A DNA stretch of 64,000 nt from Tubiluchus corallicola. Its lineage: Eukaryota > Animalia > Priapulida. The stretch lies in NCBI GenBank assembly GCA_030141605.1, contig JAQGDQ010000100.1, positions 310,001-374,000 of the forward strand, given 5' to 3'. How positions within the stretch are numbered: the first letter of the stretch is position 1; the number at the start of each line of letters is the position of its first letter. Below, piece by piece: positions 53,201-64,000 of the stretch. The notes under the pieces are model-generated. The model was given only the letters and a program-made list of their open reading frames with translations. It was not told the origin of the DNA and ran no database searches. The translations under genes were made by a program, and so were the position numbers.

Positions 53201-56033
53201 ATGTATGTAAATATAAATATTTAGTATTTATAGTTATGAGTAACACAGTGCACAATAATATCATCAGTTCCAATATTTCTTGTAAACAAAGGTTACCAAA
53301 GGTTACACAAAGTCACAAAAGTATTACTAACGCTCAACAGATCACTAAATCACTGACTGTTTAGCTACTGCGTCTGCACGTAACATTTGTGTTACGTGTA
53401 TAAACAAAATCCGTTGACCATTCAATTGCAATAACTGTTCACAAATCCTAGCTAACACTTTCAGATATTGTTTACTAATTAATACACGCACTGACCAGCC
53501 ACAATGGATGGTCTGATCTGGACCACGGGTGGACCAGCCATTCAATGAGTCGAGCAGATGTACATGGAGTCTGAGATTGTCCAATATAGGCAAAAATCGC
53601 TGAGCCATGTAAGTAGATTGCCAGTGTTATCCTCCCCAAGACAAACGCATTAGTTTCATGAATAAATTATTGAAATTGTGATTTTCTTAATTAAGTGCCA
53701 AAGTTCCTTCTCTACACACTCAAACAGCAAGCCGACTGAATTAATAAACTACCCAAGCCCAACACAATTTTGTGACATTTTAAAGTGTGGTGAGTAAATA
53801 TTAAACCACAATTGGAGTTTTGTATTACTGCTTTAAATATTTATTACTTCTCAGTTATTAGCCTTAACTTCTGATATTTTGATTTGCTAATTTTCATTCA
53901 TTCAGAACTCCGCAAAAATTTTCCTTCACGTACCACACTGTGTAACGTTAACATATATTTTAAAGTTAATGAAAATATTATTAAATTCATTTTCATGAAT
54001 TTCTTAATTTCCTTCCTCTACTGTGATGTAATCGCTTATTGAAGAGCAAACACACGCTTACTATAATTGACAATACTTGGTAATGACAAATAGCCAAATG
54101 AAAATAGCTCTGCCCCGTCGCTTTTAGCCTGCGACTTATTCTATCTTGCACAGGAAGAACAAGTTGCACACAGTTATTCTGCCATTGAAGTACAGGTTGA
54201 ATAATTTTTTTATGAAGGCTGGCGAGGAGAAATCTTACACAGCCTGTATCTAAGCACTTCACTATGAATTCGCGTTTTATCCCTTGTTTGCATACAATAT
54301 AGTTTATCCCATTGCAGACACTAAGCAGAAGATGTCAAGGCTGTCCTTGCTAAAACGATACAGCTGCTGAACGGGGCATTAGCGTGTCATGCTAAATCTT
54401 TACCAATCCGAATACGGGACATCCTATTCTGCATGACAATATTCGCAGTGTGCAGTAGTGCCAGTGTAGCTCATCATCCTTGAAACTCTTACACAGGCAC
54501 ACTTCGGCGCAACAAATTCATTAAAGCTCTTACAAAGTGATTAGAAAGATACGTTCTCTGTGACGTCGGCGAGGCGCTACGGATCGAACAATTAGTGATA
54601 CAGCTATAGGGTACGATTGATTAAATGTGATTAGCTACACTGTCTATACACACTGCACTGTATTTGCCCAGGAGCACTCAGCAAAGGTTACCAATGGTTC
54701 GCCATTCAGAAGCAGCTCATAGTTTTACTTGTCTAAAACTAAAGTAATTTTTGCAATTTTTAGATTAAAATGGCTCTGTAAGCGTATCATCTAAGCCGAA
54801 ATTTCTTACCCGGACTGAAAAACCTGCGGAGAACCCACTGCATTAACAAGAGTGATAAGGTTTAGACCTTTATAGTAAGGCTTGAACTGGAAATCTCCCT
54901 TCATTATAGTAGTCTTCGTGTAAAACAATTTAAAGGAGTACAATCCATCGAATTCGACCCTAACCCAAAAAGTATTAACTGTGTGTCAAACACTGTAGTT
55001 TTTGAGAGGTTTCCAAGTACCCAAGCTAAATAGTTACATTGCGCAACTGCGTTGCTTTTATAGCAATCTGGGGAAACAAGCGTGTGCACAATTCACTAGG
55101 GAAACTCATTTAGCCGAGTAAGTTGCTTCTGAAAAAGCAATTTTTTACTCCACAGAAAGCTATTTCCTGAATAAAATGAACGGGTCTCCATTCATTTAAC
55201 GTCAGCACATATTAATACTTCAGAGATTCCCCATATTGACGAATGTCGGCAACAATTGTGAAGCAACAAAGGAGTGATAACAGAAATTGATCCGCCAATA
55301 TTTCGCAAACTTTTCGCAAAACTCCCCGCTTCTGATTGGTAGTAATTATAGAAAACTTCGTTGTGATGAAATTCTAGACAGACAGAACGGTCTTTAATTT
55401 CACCCCCTGTGCGTACTTGATGAAATTCGGAGAGTATTGGTTTATAGCTATGTCCAGGGAGGTGCAAACAGACAGCAAGTGGTTTTAAATTGACAAGATA
55501 TATACGAATTCACAGCAAGGGATGCCTTCTAGCTATCATTTATAGTCTCTGCAGCACCAGAACGACCCCTGCTCTGTTACTGCAAACTATCAATGTCAAG
55601 AACGTAATGTTTATAATACTGGAGGAGCTGGTTTCGTATTGAAGTATATGTAAAAACAAATTAGACAAATTCATCCTTATTGGGCTATGTTGTAAGTTTG
55701 TTGGTAATTGTATAAACAAGATTTATATAACCTGTCGGCTTTAAAGGAAGATGGTCTACCTTTACGGTTAAGAAACATGTAGCATTTCTAAAGAAGGTTT
55801 AATGAAAAGTGATAAATTACAGCACTACCGAAAAAGCTTTTTTGGAGAAAAATTCAAACTGCATCGGGAAAATGAATAATATTCTTACCTGAATCAAAGT
55901 GAAACACAGGCGTGGCAGTCGTGTGCCAGGTAGCCATATATAATAACCAACTTAACGTGGCTAGAAATGTTCGGTAGGTGGGCCAGTTTCTGACTACTAC
56001 ACTGTTACAAGCCGTCCACTGCTGCTGCTCCAT
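36087..56033 (-). CDS. Sema2a: Semaphorin-2A-like secreted semaphorin (18 coding exons, about 694 aa; Sema, PSI, Ig, class-2 tail)
   Basis: Motifs [80 protein letters not shown]; PSI cysteines; Ig domain; tail [16 protein letters not shown] characteristic of class-2 semaphorins; no TM. Exon total 2085 nt, phases consistent. Confidence 0.93.
36331..36443 (-). CDS. Sema2a: semaphorin exon 17 (class-2 tail)
   Basis: [37 protein letters not shown]. Confidence 0.92.
36743..37162. mobile_element. hAT-type MITE
   Basis: Starts CAGGGCTGGCC, ends GGGCCGG (degenerate inverted repeat); 8-bp direct repeat CTGTTATG at 36735-42 and 37163-70. Confidence 0.6.
38368..38637 (-). CDS. Sema2a: semaphorin exon 16 (Ig domain)
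   Basis: GQTVFLPC...IKW...GLVL...AGEYKC; AAG acceptor inferred from phase. Confidence 0.9.
38870..39070 (+). mobile_element. internally deleted copy of the same SINE family
   Basis: GCCGAGTGGTTTGGTACGT head; shared blocks TGATTCTnnCYGTTTACCTYGT, CACYTCTGCC and TAAGT..CCCT colinear with the 59 kb copy. Confidence 0.45.
39072..39111. repeat. (TA)n microsatellite
   Basis: Direct inspection. Confidence 0.95.
39112..39265 (-). mobile_element. 5'-truncated RTE-clade LINE 3' end
   Basis: Minus-strand translation [23 protein letters not shown] (RTE C-terminal Cys/His motif); 3'UTR hairpin TGTCTTTCGAGACA, then GAAGGATGCC and a (CAA)n tail; flanked by (TA)n on both sides. Confidence 0.85.
39952..39998 (-). 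CDS. Sema2a: semaphorin exon 15
   Basis: [15 protein letters not shown]; phase 2/1. Confidence 0.88.
40613..40782 (-). CDS. Sema2a: semaphorin exon 14 (PSI domain)
   Basis: [37 protein letters not shown]... Confidence 0.92.
40934..41055 (-). CDS. Sema2a: semaphorin exon 13
   Basis: [10 protein letters not shown]...IRFLALNP|GTAGGT. Confidence 0.9.
41168..41360 (-). CDS. Sema2a: semaphorin exon 12
   Basis: [27 protein letters not shown]...VYFLGT. Confidence 0.95.
41898..42045 (-). CDS. Sema2a: semaphorin exon 11
   Basis: [11 protein letters not shown]...FKEQ...WLPV...VPEPRPGK. Confidence 0.95.
42426..42486 (-). CDS. Sema2a: semaphorin exon 10
   Basis: [19 protein letters not shown]. Confidence 0.92.
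42819..42927 (-). CDS. Sema2a: semaphorin exon 9
   Basis: [36 protein letters not shown]. Confidence 0.95.
43174..43295 (-). CDS. Sema2a: semaphorin exon 8
   Basis: [41 protein letters not shown]. Confidence 0.95.
43857..44012 (-). CDS. Sema2a: semaphorin exon 7
   Basis: [14 protein letters not shown]...DPIIYR...[12 protein letters not shown]. Confidence 0.93.
44135..44309. repeat. imperfect (GA)n microsatellite
   Basis: Direct inspection. Confidence 0.95.
45260..45356 (-). CDS. Sema2a: semaphorin exon 6
   Basis: PDLRRY...[20 protein letters not shown]. Confidence 0.93.
45458..45562 (-). CDS. Sema2a: semaphorin exon 5
   Basis: [11 protein letters not shown]...[17 protein letters not shown]. 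Confidence 0.93.
47005..47076 (-). CDS. Sema2a: semaphorin exon 4
   Basis: [24 protein letters not shown]. Confidence 0.8.
47344..47395 (-). CDS. Sema2a: semaphorin exon 3
   Basis: [17 protein letters not shown]|GTGAGT. Confidence 0.88.
49888..49975 (-). CDS. Sema2a: semaphorin exon 2
   Basis: [30 protein letters not shown]. Confidence 0.9.
50126..50216. repeat. interrupted (TA)n / (TATCA) microsatellite
   Basis: Direct inspection. Confidence 0.85.
50216..50367. mobile_element. small MITE / inverted repeat element
   Basis: TAGTATCCGGATGCGTATGC ... GCATACGCATCCGGAAACTA; 20-bp inverted repeat with 1 mismatch, TA at both ends. Confidence 0.65.
51488..53002. repeat. tandem array of four ~376-382 bp units, each containing a tRNA-derived SINE
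   Basis: Unit starts AACTTGGCTTC at 51488, 51869, 52245 and 52621; near-identical apart from a variable (AAT/GAT)n tract. Confidence 0.97.
51562..51802 (-). mobile_element. tRNA-derived SINE (copy 1 of 4; the others sit at the same offset in each repeat unit)
   Basis: Minus strand: A box TAGTCTAGTGG (51780-51790), B box GAGTTCGATAC (51738-51748), then GGGTCATACCAAAGACT, body, AATAAA and (ATT/ATC)n tail; T-stem does not pair. Confidence 0.85.
55889..56033 (-). CDS. Sema2a: semaphorin coding exon 1 (signal peptide)
   Basis: [48 protein letters not shown]|GTAAG; exon acceptor boundary at 56158 gives a 5'UTR part. Confidence 0.75.
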
Positions 56034-58989
56034 TGTTGAGCAGATTGCAAGACCACGGATCTGTGGGCACTTCAGCTTTGCTCAATCAGACAATGCTCCT
56101 AGCTACCTTTGCACACTTCTAGCTGTTGCACATTGTCCACTTAACCCACTTTAGACAGCTGAAATGACAAAAAATGATTGAATTAATTGACACAATTACA
56201 TATGAAAGTGCTCGAATTATACAATTTATACTAACAATGTTAGTAGATATTATTTGAAGTCAAAGGAATCACAGAGAAAATAAAAATGCACGTTTAGGCT
56301 TCAAAACACTTGACTGAAGCTGAAGGTGGAAACTTCTGTACAAATAAAATTATTTACCTTTCTGAATTTCTGTGTTAGTATACACTAACAAACTCACATA
56401 TATTTATTACTGCCGTAAGAAATTTAATATTCTGATTAACTGATCATTAACTATGCATGTAATTAAAGTAATGTCACACTGTACGCAAAAAACTAGATTT
56501 GTCTGGAATTTTAACTAATTTATTCTAACATGCTTAAATACGCTCACAAATAATTTATTACTGCTAAACAGCCAGAGGCTGAATAATAGACAGTTTCCTC
56601 GCAGATAGATACCAGTTTAAACCTCAAGCGACATCTCACTCGAATAAATGAGTAATTTGTCTAGGTAATTTGGTTTTTAAGCAAACGTGCAAATACATAT
56701 AGACTGGCTAGTAGTAGTGGAAACTGTTCACAAAGTGCCTAAGCTGTTAAGTGGTGCTAGTAGTAAAATTTTCACACACTCTCTAAAATGATAATTGGTC
56801 AGTAGTACCACGTGGGGTCACTATTCGCGATTATCCTGTGACTGTTTTGAGTGCTTGGCTGTGCGCTGCACATGTCTTACTATTATAGAAAAACTATAAA
56901 TTACTATGAAAAATATCATGATTTACTAAAAGCTCTGTTACCTTTTACTATCAAATATAAAAATGACCATAAAGAAAGTTAGATGCCCGAAAATCAACTT
57001 TTTTACACTGTGGGCTCATTTAACGCACTATTCAACGCATCAAAGTCAAGAAACGAAAAAAGATACAAATTTACTGTCAACGCTGTTATAGAAAATCAAT
57101 TTAAACAAAATGAGTCTACTACATATAAGGTAAACTACAAAATAATGGCTGAATAGACAAAATAGAACAAAAGAAATTAATTCAGACAGACAACAAAATC
57201 GTAAAAATTCATACCCGGGCTCTATTCACGTATTATCTGAACACTTGCATATGTATAAACGGTGTTATTATAGTTCACTGACTTGGCACTAGACAAGGTA
57301 GGCTCATTGCACCGTTACTTTGTACCATGTAACCCAGCAGCCGCTTACTGACTAAATGACTTGGCTGGACGGTTCAGCGGGGTTTTGCCCATTATCTGAT
57401 TATTCGCCACTAGCCAATGAGTCCGACTACGGTCTGACAGACAAGTAGAGAAAGAGACTTGCGCAGAAGCGTATGTGATAGAAGCAGCCCTTTCCACCAA
57501 TGCCCCTAGCAATCCAACCGACCACAACCACAAAGAAACATAAATTAATAACGACAGAGTAGTATGGATTTACTCATTCACACACAAGTTCAGTTTTAAT
57601 TCTATTGCCCAACATTAGTTACTAAGCTCACTGAATAGTACATGTTACATTCATATGAAAAACCTATTAATAATAACTGCTTCTATAATTTTAATAAAGA
57701 TTGGGTTATAAAGATCAATTTTTGGCAAGGCACTTGCCATTCATTGGGACATAAACTGCTAGTGTACATAAGTAAGCCAACTAAATTTGGCTTACCAGAT
57801 AATGTTGCTTTGGTTCATAGACTTACAAAGCCCTCGGCTTATAGCCTTCCATGATCAGAATATGACTCGTCAAGTAAAATAATTTCAGCTCTTTACCTTT
57901 CTCATGTCACAACCTGTTAAAAAGAATTTTAGCCCTACACCCCCTCCATTCCGTTGCCTAGTGTACTATACACACGAGTGCAATGAAAATTGACGAGTAA
58001 TCAATGCAGATAGCTTCGTTCATTCTGCACACGGCAGAGGCACTTTTTTACCTCTCCTCACATCATGGCATCCTTCCCTAGAGCTCATGCATAGAAAACA
58101 GCTCAATTAAGAAACAATACGCTCGTCTGTAGACAGATGTGATGATTCATGCGCCTATTATCGCAAATTATTGCTGTTATTTGGTGAATATGAAACGAGA
58201 TTATTATGATCGATATGAAAGACAGTGCACTGAGGATAAAATAATATGCCGATAAAAACTCAAGTTTACATGAAATAAACGCTCACCAAACTTTTTCCCA
58301 GGCAGTTAATTGAGATGGAAATCAATCTCTTGAGATCTCTTTGTAATTTTGTGAATATATGCATTAGAAAGGCATGTATTATAATGCAATGAATACGCGG
58401 GAGTTAATTTCCGTTAAAAATTGATTAGAAAATTCGCAAAATAATATTAGTTCAGCTGCAATTTAAAACTTACAATGTGTTTTAATTTATTCCATGCGCC
58501 CGAGCAATTGATTAAACAAAAATGCACACATGAATAATTTGCTAAGCCTGAGTCTAAATTTATTAAACAATTCCATTAAAGAGCTGAGCTTGAATGATAA
58601 AGGGATTTGAGTTTTATACGTAAATTCAATCAATGTTTCACCAATGACAAGTTAGTTAGGGTTGCATTAGCCTAGTCTAAACAAGATAATTTTAGCCCGG
58701 TTATAGCAGACTTGGCATGGCTGTCTGAATATCTAATAACAGATGGTATCATACGCACAAGCAATGACGTAAACTGTAAACAGTATTTAGCAAACATAAA
58801 TATATGTACACAAAATACAGCCTTAGAACTTTTTAAAACATCGAAAGGCAACAAATGATACCGTATAATAATTAAAGATCATAATAATAATAATAATTAA
58901 ATAACACAGTATGATATAAATTATTATTTAATCTACGCTTTTAACACAATTTTACTTGTGCTTTACATATAATTTGGCACTCTTCAAGC

Positions 58990-59280
58990 TGAAATTCAGC
59001 ACTCATTCGCAGGGCCTACTTAATGTGGGTGGTTGTAGCAATACCAGAATATTGTTCATTATCAAGGCTAATCCTCCAAGACGAATAGGCAGAAGTGCAT
59101 TAGACACATCCGGGTGTGAATAAAATACATACTCTCTCAACGAGGTAAACGGCCAGAATCAGTCCGGAGAATAAATCCACACAGAACCTAGGCAGTCACA
59201 AACCAATCACTGATCAAGCTTGGCACTGCTTAACTTTGGTTGCAAGGACATACCATGACCACTCGGCAATACACCTCACT
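58990..59280 (-). mobile_element. decayed SINE with tRNA A-box head and 5S-rRNA-like segment
   Basis: GCCGAGTGGT followed by AAAGTTAAGCAGTGCCAAGCTTGATCAGTGATTGGTTTGTGACTGCCTAGG, which resembles the 5S internal control region; boundaries approximate. Confidence 0.6.
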
Positions 59281-60238
59281 CCGTGTAAATCCAATTTAAC
59301 TAACCTGAGCTATAAAAAAGTTGTTTGTATACAATTTGTAAGAAAATGTAAAATAGTTAATCAAAAAAAGTATTCTGCAGGTATTCAATTATTTAGCCTT
59401 ATATGGATACATATAATTATAGGTTTATCACCTATAATAACTAACGTCATTTAAATGAGCTTGCACAAACACAACACAACGCGCAAACTTACAATTACGC
59501 TACGCAAAAACTAAATTTAAACAGACGTTCAGTATGTTACCATTTTTATTGCAAGCTAAAGTGTCAGCAGCTTACAGCAAACCTACAGGCAAACTTACTA
59601 GGAGTGAGTAAATAGAACTACAGGTAGAACACCACTGGTTAACAAATGTAGCAATGTATGACCAAACCAAGAAGAAAGCTCTAGACTTGAATTTAAACTA
59701 GAATTCAATGCACACAATTGAAAACAACCACAACAATCCTGCTGCAGGCTAAGATTTCTATTTCTTTTTCACAAAGCTGTATAATCGCGTAAATCTTCTA
59801 CTGAACGCTCACACATAGTTCTAATCCTGGATGTACTGCAAACCACTGATCCAAGGTGTACACTAAAATCAGTTACATATGCCTGCTGAGTTTCCCAAGA
59901 TTCTTCCGCTGCTAGTATTTTAATTTAGAGGACGACGAAGCTATTTCCGCTTAGGTTTTTTTTTGGTTAATGATAAGCCAGTGACTAGCGAGAGAATCAA
60001 CTAAGCTTAATCGCGAGGACTATAATAAGTCCAGTACGTTGATCACTGCATAATACGGGAGGTCCGTCAATTAAACCGTAGTTATTTACGACAGGGGCGT
60101 AAAATGATGAGGCCAGGATTTTTGAAAAACAGGTTACTCATGTCTTGTTTGGCCCACAAGATGTACACTGCCATAGATAACGCATAAGATAGATGTACCC
60201 ATTTCTCAAATTCACGGCATGTAAACCTGAAAAAAACT

Positions 60239-60401
60239 TTGCTGCTGCTCAACTACGAAAAGTGCTGTCTCTCTCTCTCTCCGACGAATGAGAATTTTTT
60301 GTAGTGGTATTAACTCATTAATAATTCATTATTCATCATCATTCCTATTTTTCATTGTAAATTGCTGCTGCTCAACTACGAACAGAAATTACCCGAAAGG
60401 G

Positions 60402-60494
<93 letters not shown>

Positions 60495-60574
60495 GACGAA
60501 TGAGAATTTTTGTAGTGGTATTATCTTATTAATAATTCATCATTCATCATTATTCCTATTTTTCATTGTAAATT
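60239..60574. repeat. two-copy tandem duplication containing a (CT)n microsatellite
   Basis: GCTGCTGCTCAACTACGAA...TTTTTCATTGTAAATT occurs twice; CT tract short in copy 1 and long in copy 2 (about 60405-60494). Confidence 0.92.
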
Positions 60575-63500
60575 TTGCATTTTGTAAAATGAACTGTGGT
60601 TTGCAATAAAAAAATAACAATCTCCCTTCCGTTTGCTCCCTTGCTTATACTCTCTTCAAAACAATTTTCTTTTAAATGAGCCAAACTGAAAAAATCTCTC
60701 GGCATTCACATCCAATGTACTCGATCCAAGCAAATCTATTAGTTTAACTTCAACTCGCGCGAGTATGTGCAATAGTTAATTAATTATATGCCAGCAATAT
60801 ACATACAGACGTAACAACAGCAACCAATAGACTAATCATAGCAGGAAGAGGAAGTAATTCAGATGGCGGAGAGGTTTTCACACGTGCCAGCCTAATGGAG
60901 TAAAGCTTTTAATAACAGCCAAATAACAATAAACACGTAAAACAACTAAGTCATTATTGTGATTGATAATAACATTATAAAATGGGAGCGTACATGCAGT
61001 AGTTCACAGCTTTCCTATGGAACAATAATAGTGGTAGACTAGACGAAAACGAAAAGTTCTGGCAAAGGAATTTAAAAAACGCCTTGTGCCACCATTACTA
61101 GTCTACATTTTTTGCTGCAAACTAAAAACTCGGTGATATTTATAAGTGTTACTATTTCGACCCACTGTATTTCATGATAATCCACAAGTAGTAATATGAA
61201 AAAGCTATCAAGGCGAAATTAAAAAGAAAGAGAAGACATTAACTAAAAAGTCATCCCCACGGGCTAAAAAGGATTGCGCGGATTATCATCAGTAATTTAT
61301 GTTATTGTTTCATGCATTATAAGATCAAAAAGTTTTGTTCTTAAATTAATTTTGCAAAACTGTGACTCAAATAAAAAATACTAGATCCAGCCATAGTTAT
61401 TGTAACTAATTACATGAAAACTCCTGCGTGGCTTAAAGTAGAGGACAAGCAAGACAAGTGGGTACGATTTTTGACAAAACTAACAGCAATGACAGCAGCT
61501 GGTCTTCAATATAAACAGATCAGCTAATGTTCTGGCATTTGCAGCTGCTACATAGTTATTGTTTGTCAATGATAAAAAAAGGGAAGCTTGCATTAACTAC
61601 GAGGTTATAATTTGCGAATCGTGACACTGTGGCATATCGTTCACCAACTCGTCGCCTTTGCTGCATTTCTTGTTGTCGCCGTCATCGCTGTCGCCGTCGT
61701 CGTCTATTAATGCTTGTCACGTATAGTTCTTGTTTCCGTAGTGAACCTTAACAACATCGTGATAGTAACAGATGCTACAGCTATTGTTGCTGTTATTCCT
61801 GTCGTTCATTTTGTTGTTGACGACGAATAATGTTTGTTATTATAAAAATTATGACACGCTAAGAATCTTTAAACTACTGTTAGGAATCACTTAACCCGGG
61901 AAGTAGGCAATATAGCTTCATGTCTGAAAAGTAATGTAAGGGAGTTTTAGCTTTACTACGGTGGTAAATTTTGATGTAGCATGAATTTTAATGACTGATA
62001 CACATTTAATAATCATGTAAGTGATTATGTCGTCAACGAGAATAACTACTCAAGACGAAATCGCTGCAGCTGCGGCATGGCGGTGTAACGCTTTATTTGC
62101 TTTTAGTAAAAAAGGAAAATAACATAAAAAAGCGAGGAAACGCATACAAGCCAAATGTCTGTCAGAAATGCTGACAGAACAGCCACAAGGCAGACAGGTG
62201 GTTTAGACTCCTGCTTATACGTTCACTGTGCAATGACTATATAGAATAGTTTTCTATACTCTGCAATGTTAATTATATTGACACTGTAGAGAAACATAAA
62301 AGAAACGTGGAAATGTATACAATGGCAATTCAACAAACACTGAATAACAGCAGAACTTTGCCTGTGGCTTAGGATAACACCAGTAATGCGTTTTATCCTT
62401 TGTAAAAGCGGGAGTGTTAGGAACTTGCAATGTTGAAAGTACGAGTTCGCATTTCTTTGTTTGAAAAAAATAAAATATAGCTATTTATAACTTTTCGCTG
62501 AATTATTGTAATGTAAAATTATGCCATTAAAGAGAACAAACACAACGAGTGAAATGGTTCATGCGTTTCCTAGATCAACGACCTTAATTAATAAATCATA
62601 CACATTTGCTGTGTCTCGTCTTTTTGCGTTGCAGGAAGCACACGCTGAATTTGCTCTGCTTTCTTTATAATAATTTTGAAATTAAACGAATAAGTGACTG
62701 TTTTGTAAATGACACAAAAGAATTTTGTAATATAACTTTTAACTTCGCTATATTTACTGCCAGACTGCCAGTATGCATGACGGCCAGCATGCATGAGGTT
62801 TGTATATACTGTTCAGGGGTTGTGCAAACTCCCAAGTGTAGTAAAGTAAATTATGCAAAGGTCGGCGCCTCTGCAGAATTTTGTACAATTTAGTATATTT
62901 AAGGATTTACTTTATTATTTAAAGGGTAGCATCAATTATACAATTATATGGAATCAGTTTGGCACAATAATCGTGGGAAAACCGTATTCAAAGAAAGTCA
63001 AAAGACAGGCGCGAAAAGTCACCATAAATTAACGCTCTATTATAATAATTACATTCCAGGCCACCCGGCAGAAACAGAAGAATCTTGTACAAGAAACATA
63101 ACGGTCTATTATTTGGGGTCTGGTCCTAAGTGAAATGCCGCACCACATCCGTATGCAAATCTAATTTTAACGGCTTACCTGAAAAACTATGACGCCGGAT
63201 AGGTAAATTTACTCAACCAACTTTTGAAAGAAATTGACAGTACCTTGGAACAGTCATGTATAGAATTGACAAGTTCCTTAGCACGTCTACAGAAGTTAAC
63301 AGAACAAAACTGAGCAAAGTATATGTATCGCATATACTGTATTCTTATGCATACCTATCTTGCATACCTATCTCTATTTCTATTTTCGATATACCTCTAA
63401 ACAAATAAATATAGTCTTTATGTTCTTCATTTGCAAACTTCATAAAGTACAACGAAATTATTGGCATATTGGCAAACTGACATAGTTGACATTTTATAAG

Positions 63501-64000
63501 ATTAGAATAATGAATCAGAACCTAAAATCTTAACGATTTTACTAAGCTGTTGGCTCTAGATTCGTAAAAGAAATTTTATAAAATAATGCGTCAGTGTTCA
63601 CTATGAAATCCATTCCCATACATATATACAATTTTACATTACAGTGTTAGCAAAACTAGAATCAATGATAAAAGTTGCTTTGGTGAGTTCGGCATGCACT
63701 CACATATAGACAAGGATAAAAAAGTATAAAAACAAATGAAGCATGTGAAAAAGTCTTTCTCGCACGGGATCTGCAAACAGACAGAAATGATAACTGTCGC
63801 TTGTTAAACAGCAATTACAACTGGATAAGTTAGAAAGAAAACATTTGCCAACTTGTTAATCTGTTGGGTTTGTTGCACTTAAGGTTATTTATTACTGTTG
63901 GTTTTGGCAGAGAAGGCTGCTTCTTCACATGCACTACCGCGATTAAAAAGAAGCAAATTTGTGGGATCATGTGCATACATGTTGTACATGTCACTGTATG

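Noticed and set aside
59185-59237. 5S rRNA gene
   Set aside because: Only a ~50-nt diverged internal segment is present, embedded in a SINE-like context.

Overview
Eukaryotic, AT-rich, intron-rich DNA from an invertebrate animal, probably a protostome given the class-2 semaphorin. It is not prokaryotic, and most ORFs in the supplied track are exon fragments or noise. Two convergent multi-exon genes were assembled by hand with consistent GT-AG phases. (1) + strand, 4228-32587: 39 coding exons, 5712 nt, about 1903 aa. This is a Cad87A/CDH23/CDHR2-type cadherin with signal peptide, 14 EC repeats, a membrane-adjacent domain, a TM helix, a PNTN..EGSNPIW cytoplasmic motif and a C-terminal PDZ ligand TTDI. 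(2) - strand, 56033-36087: 18 coding exons, 2085 nt, about 694 aa. This is a secreted semaphorin-2A-like protein (Sema-PSI-Ig plus class-2 tail). The introns hold a four-copy tandem array of a tRNA-derived SINE with ABAB higher-order structure, three decayed copies of a composite tRNA/5S-rRNA SINE, truncated CR1/L2 and RTE LINE 3' ends, MITEs and microsatellites. I found no well-supported novel multi-gene system. The best leads are the SINE array, the composite SINE family, a predicted calcium-free cadherin hinge and a possible readthrough extension of the semaphorin.
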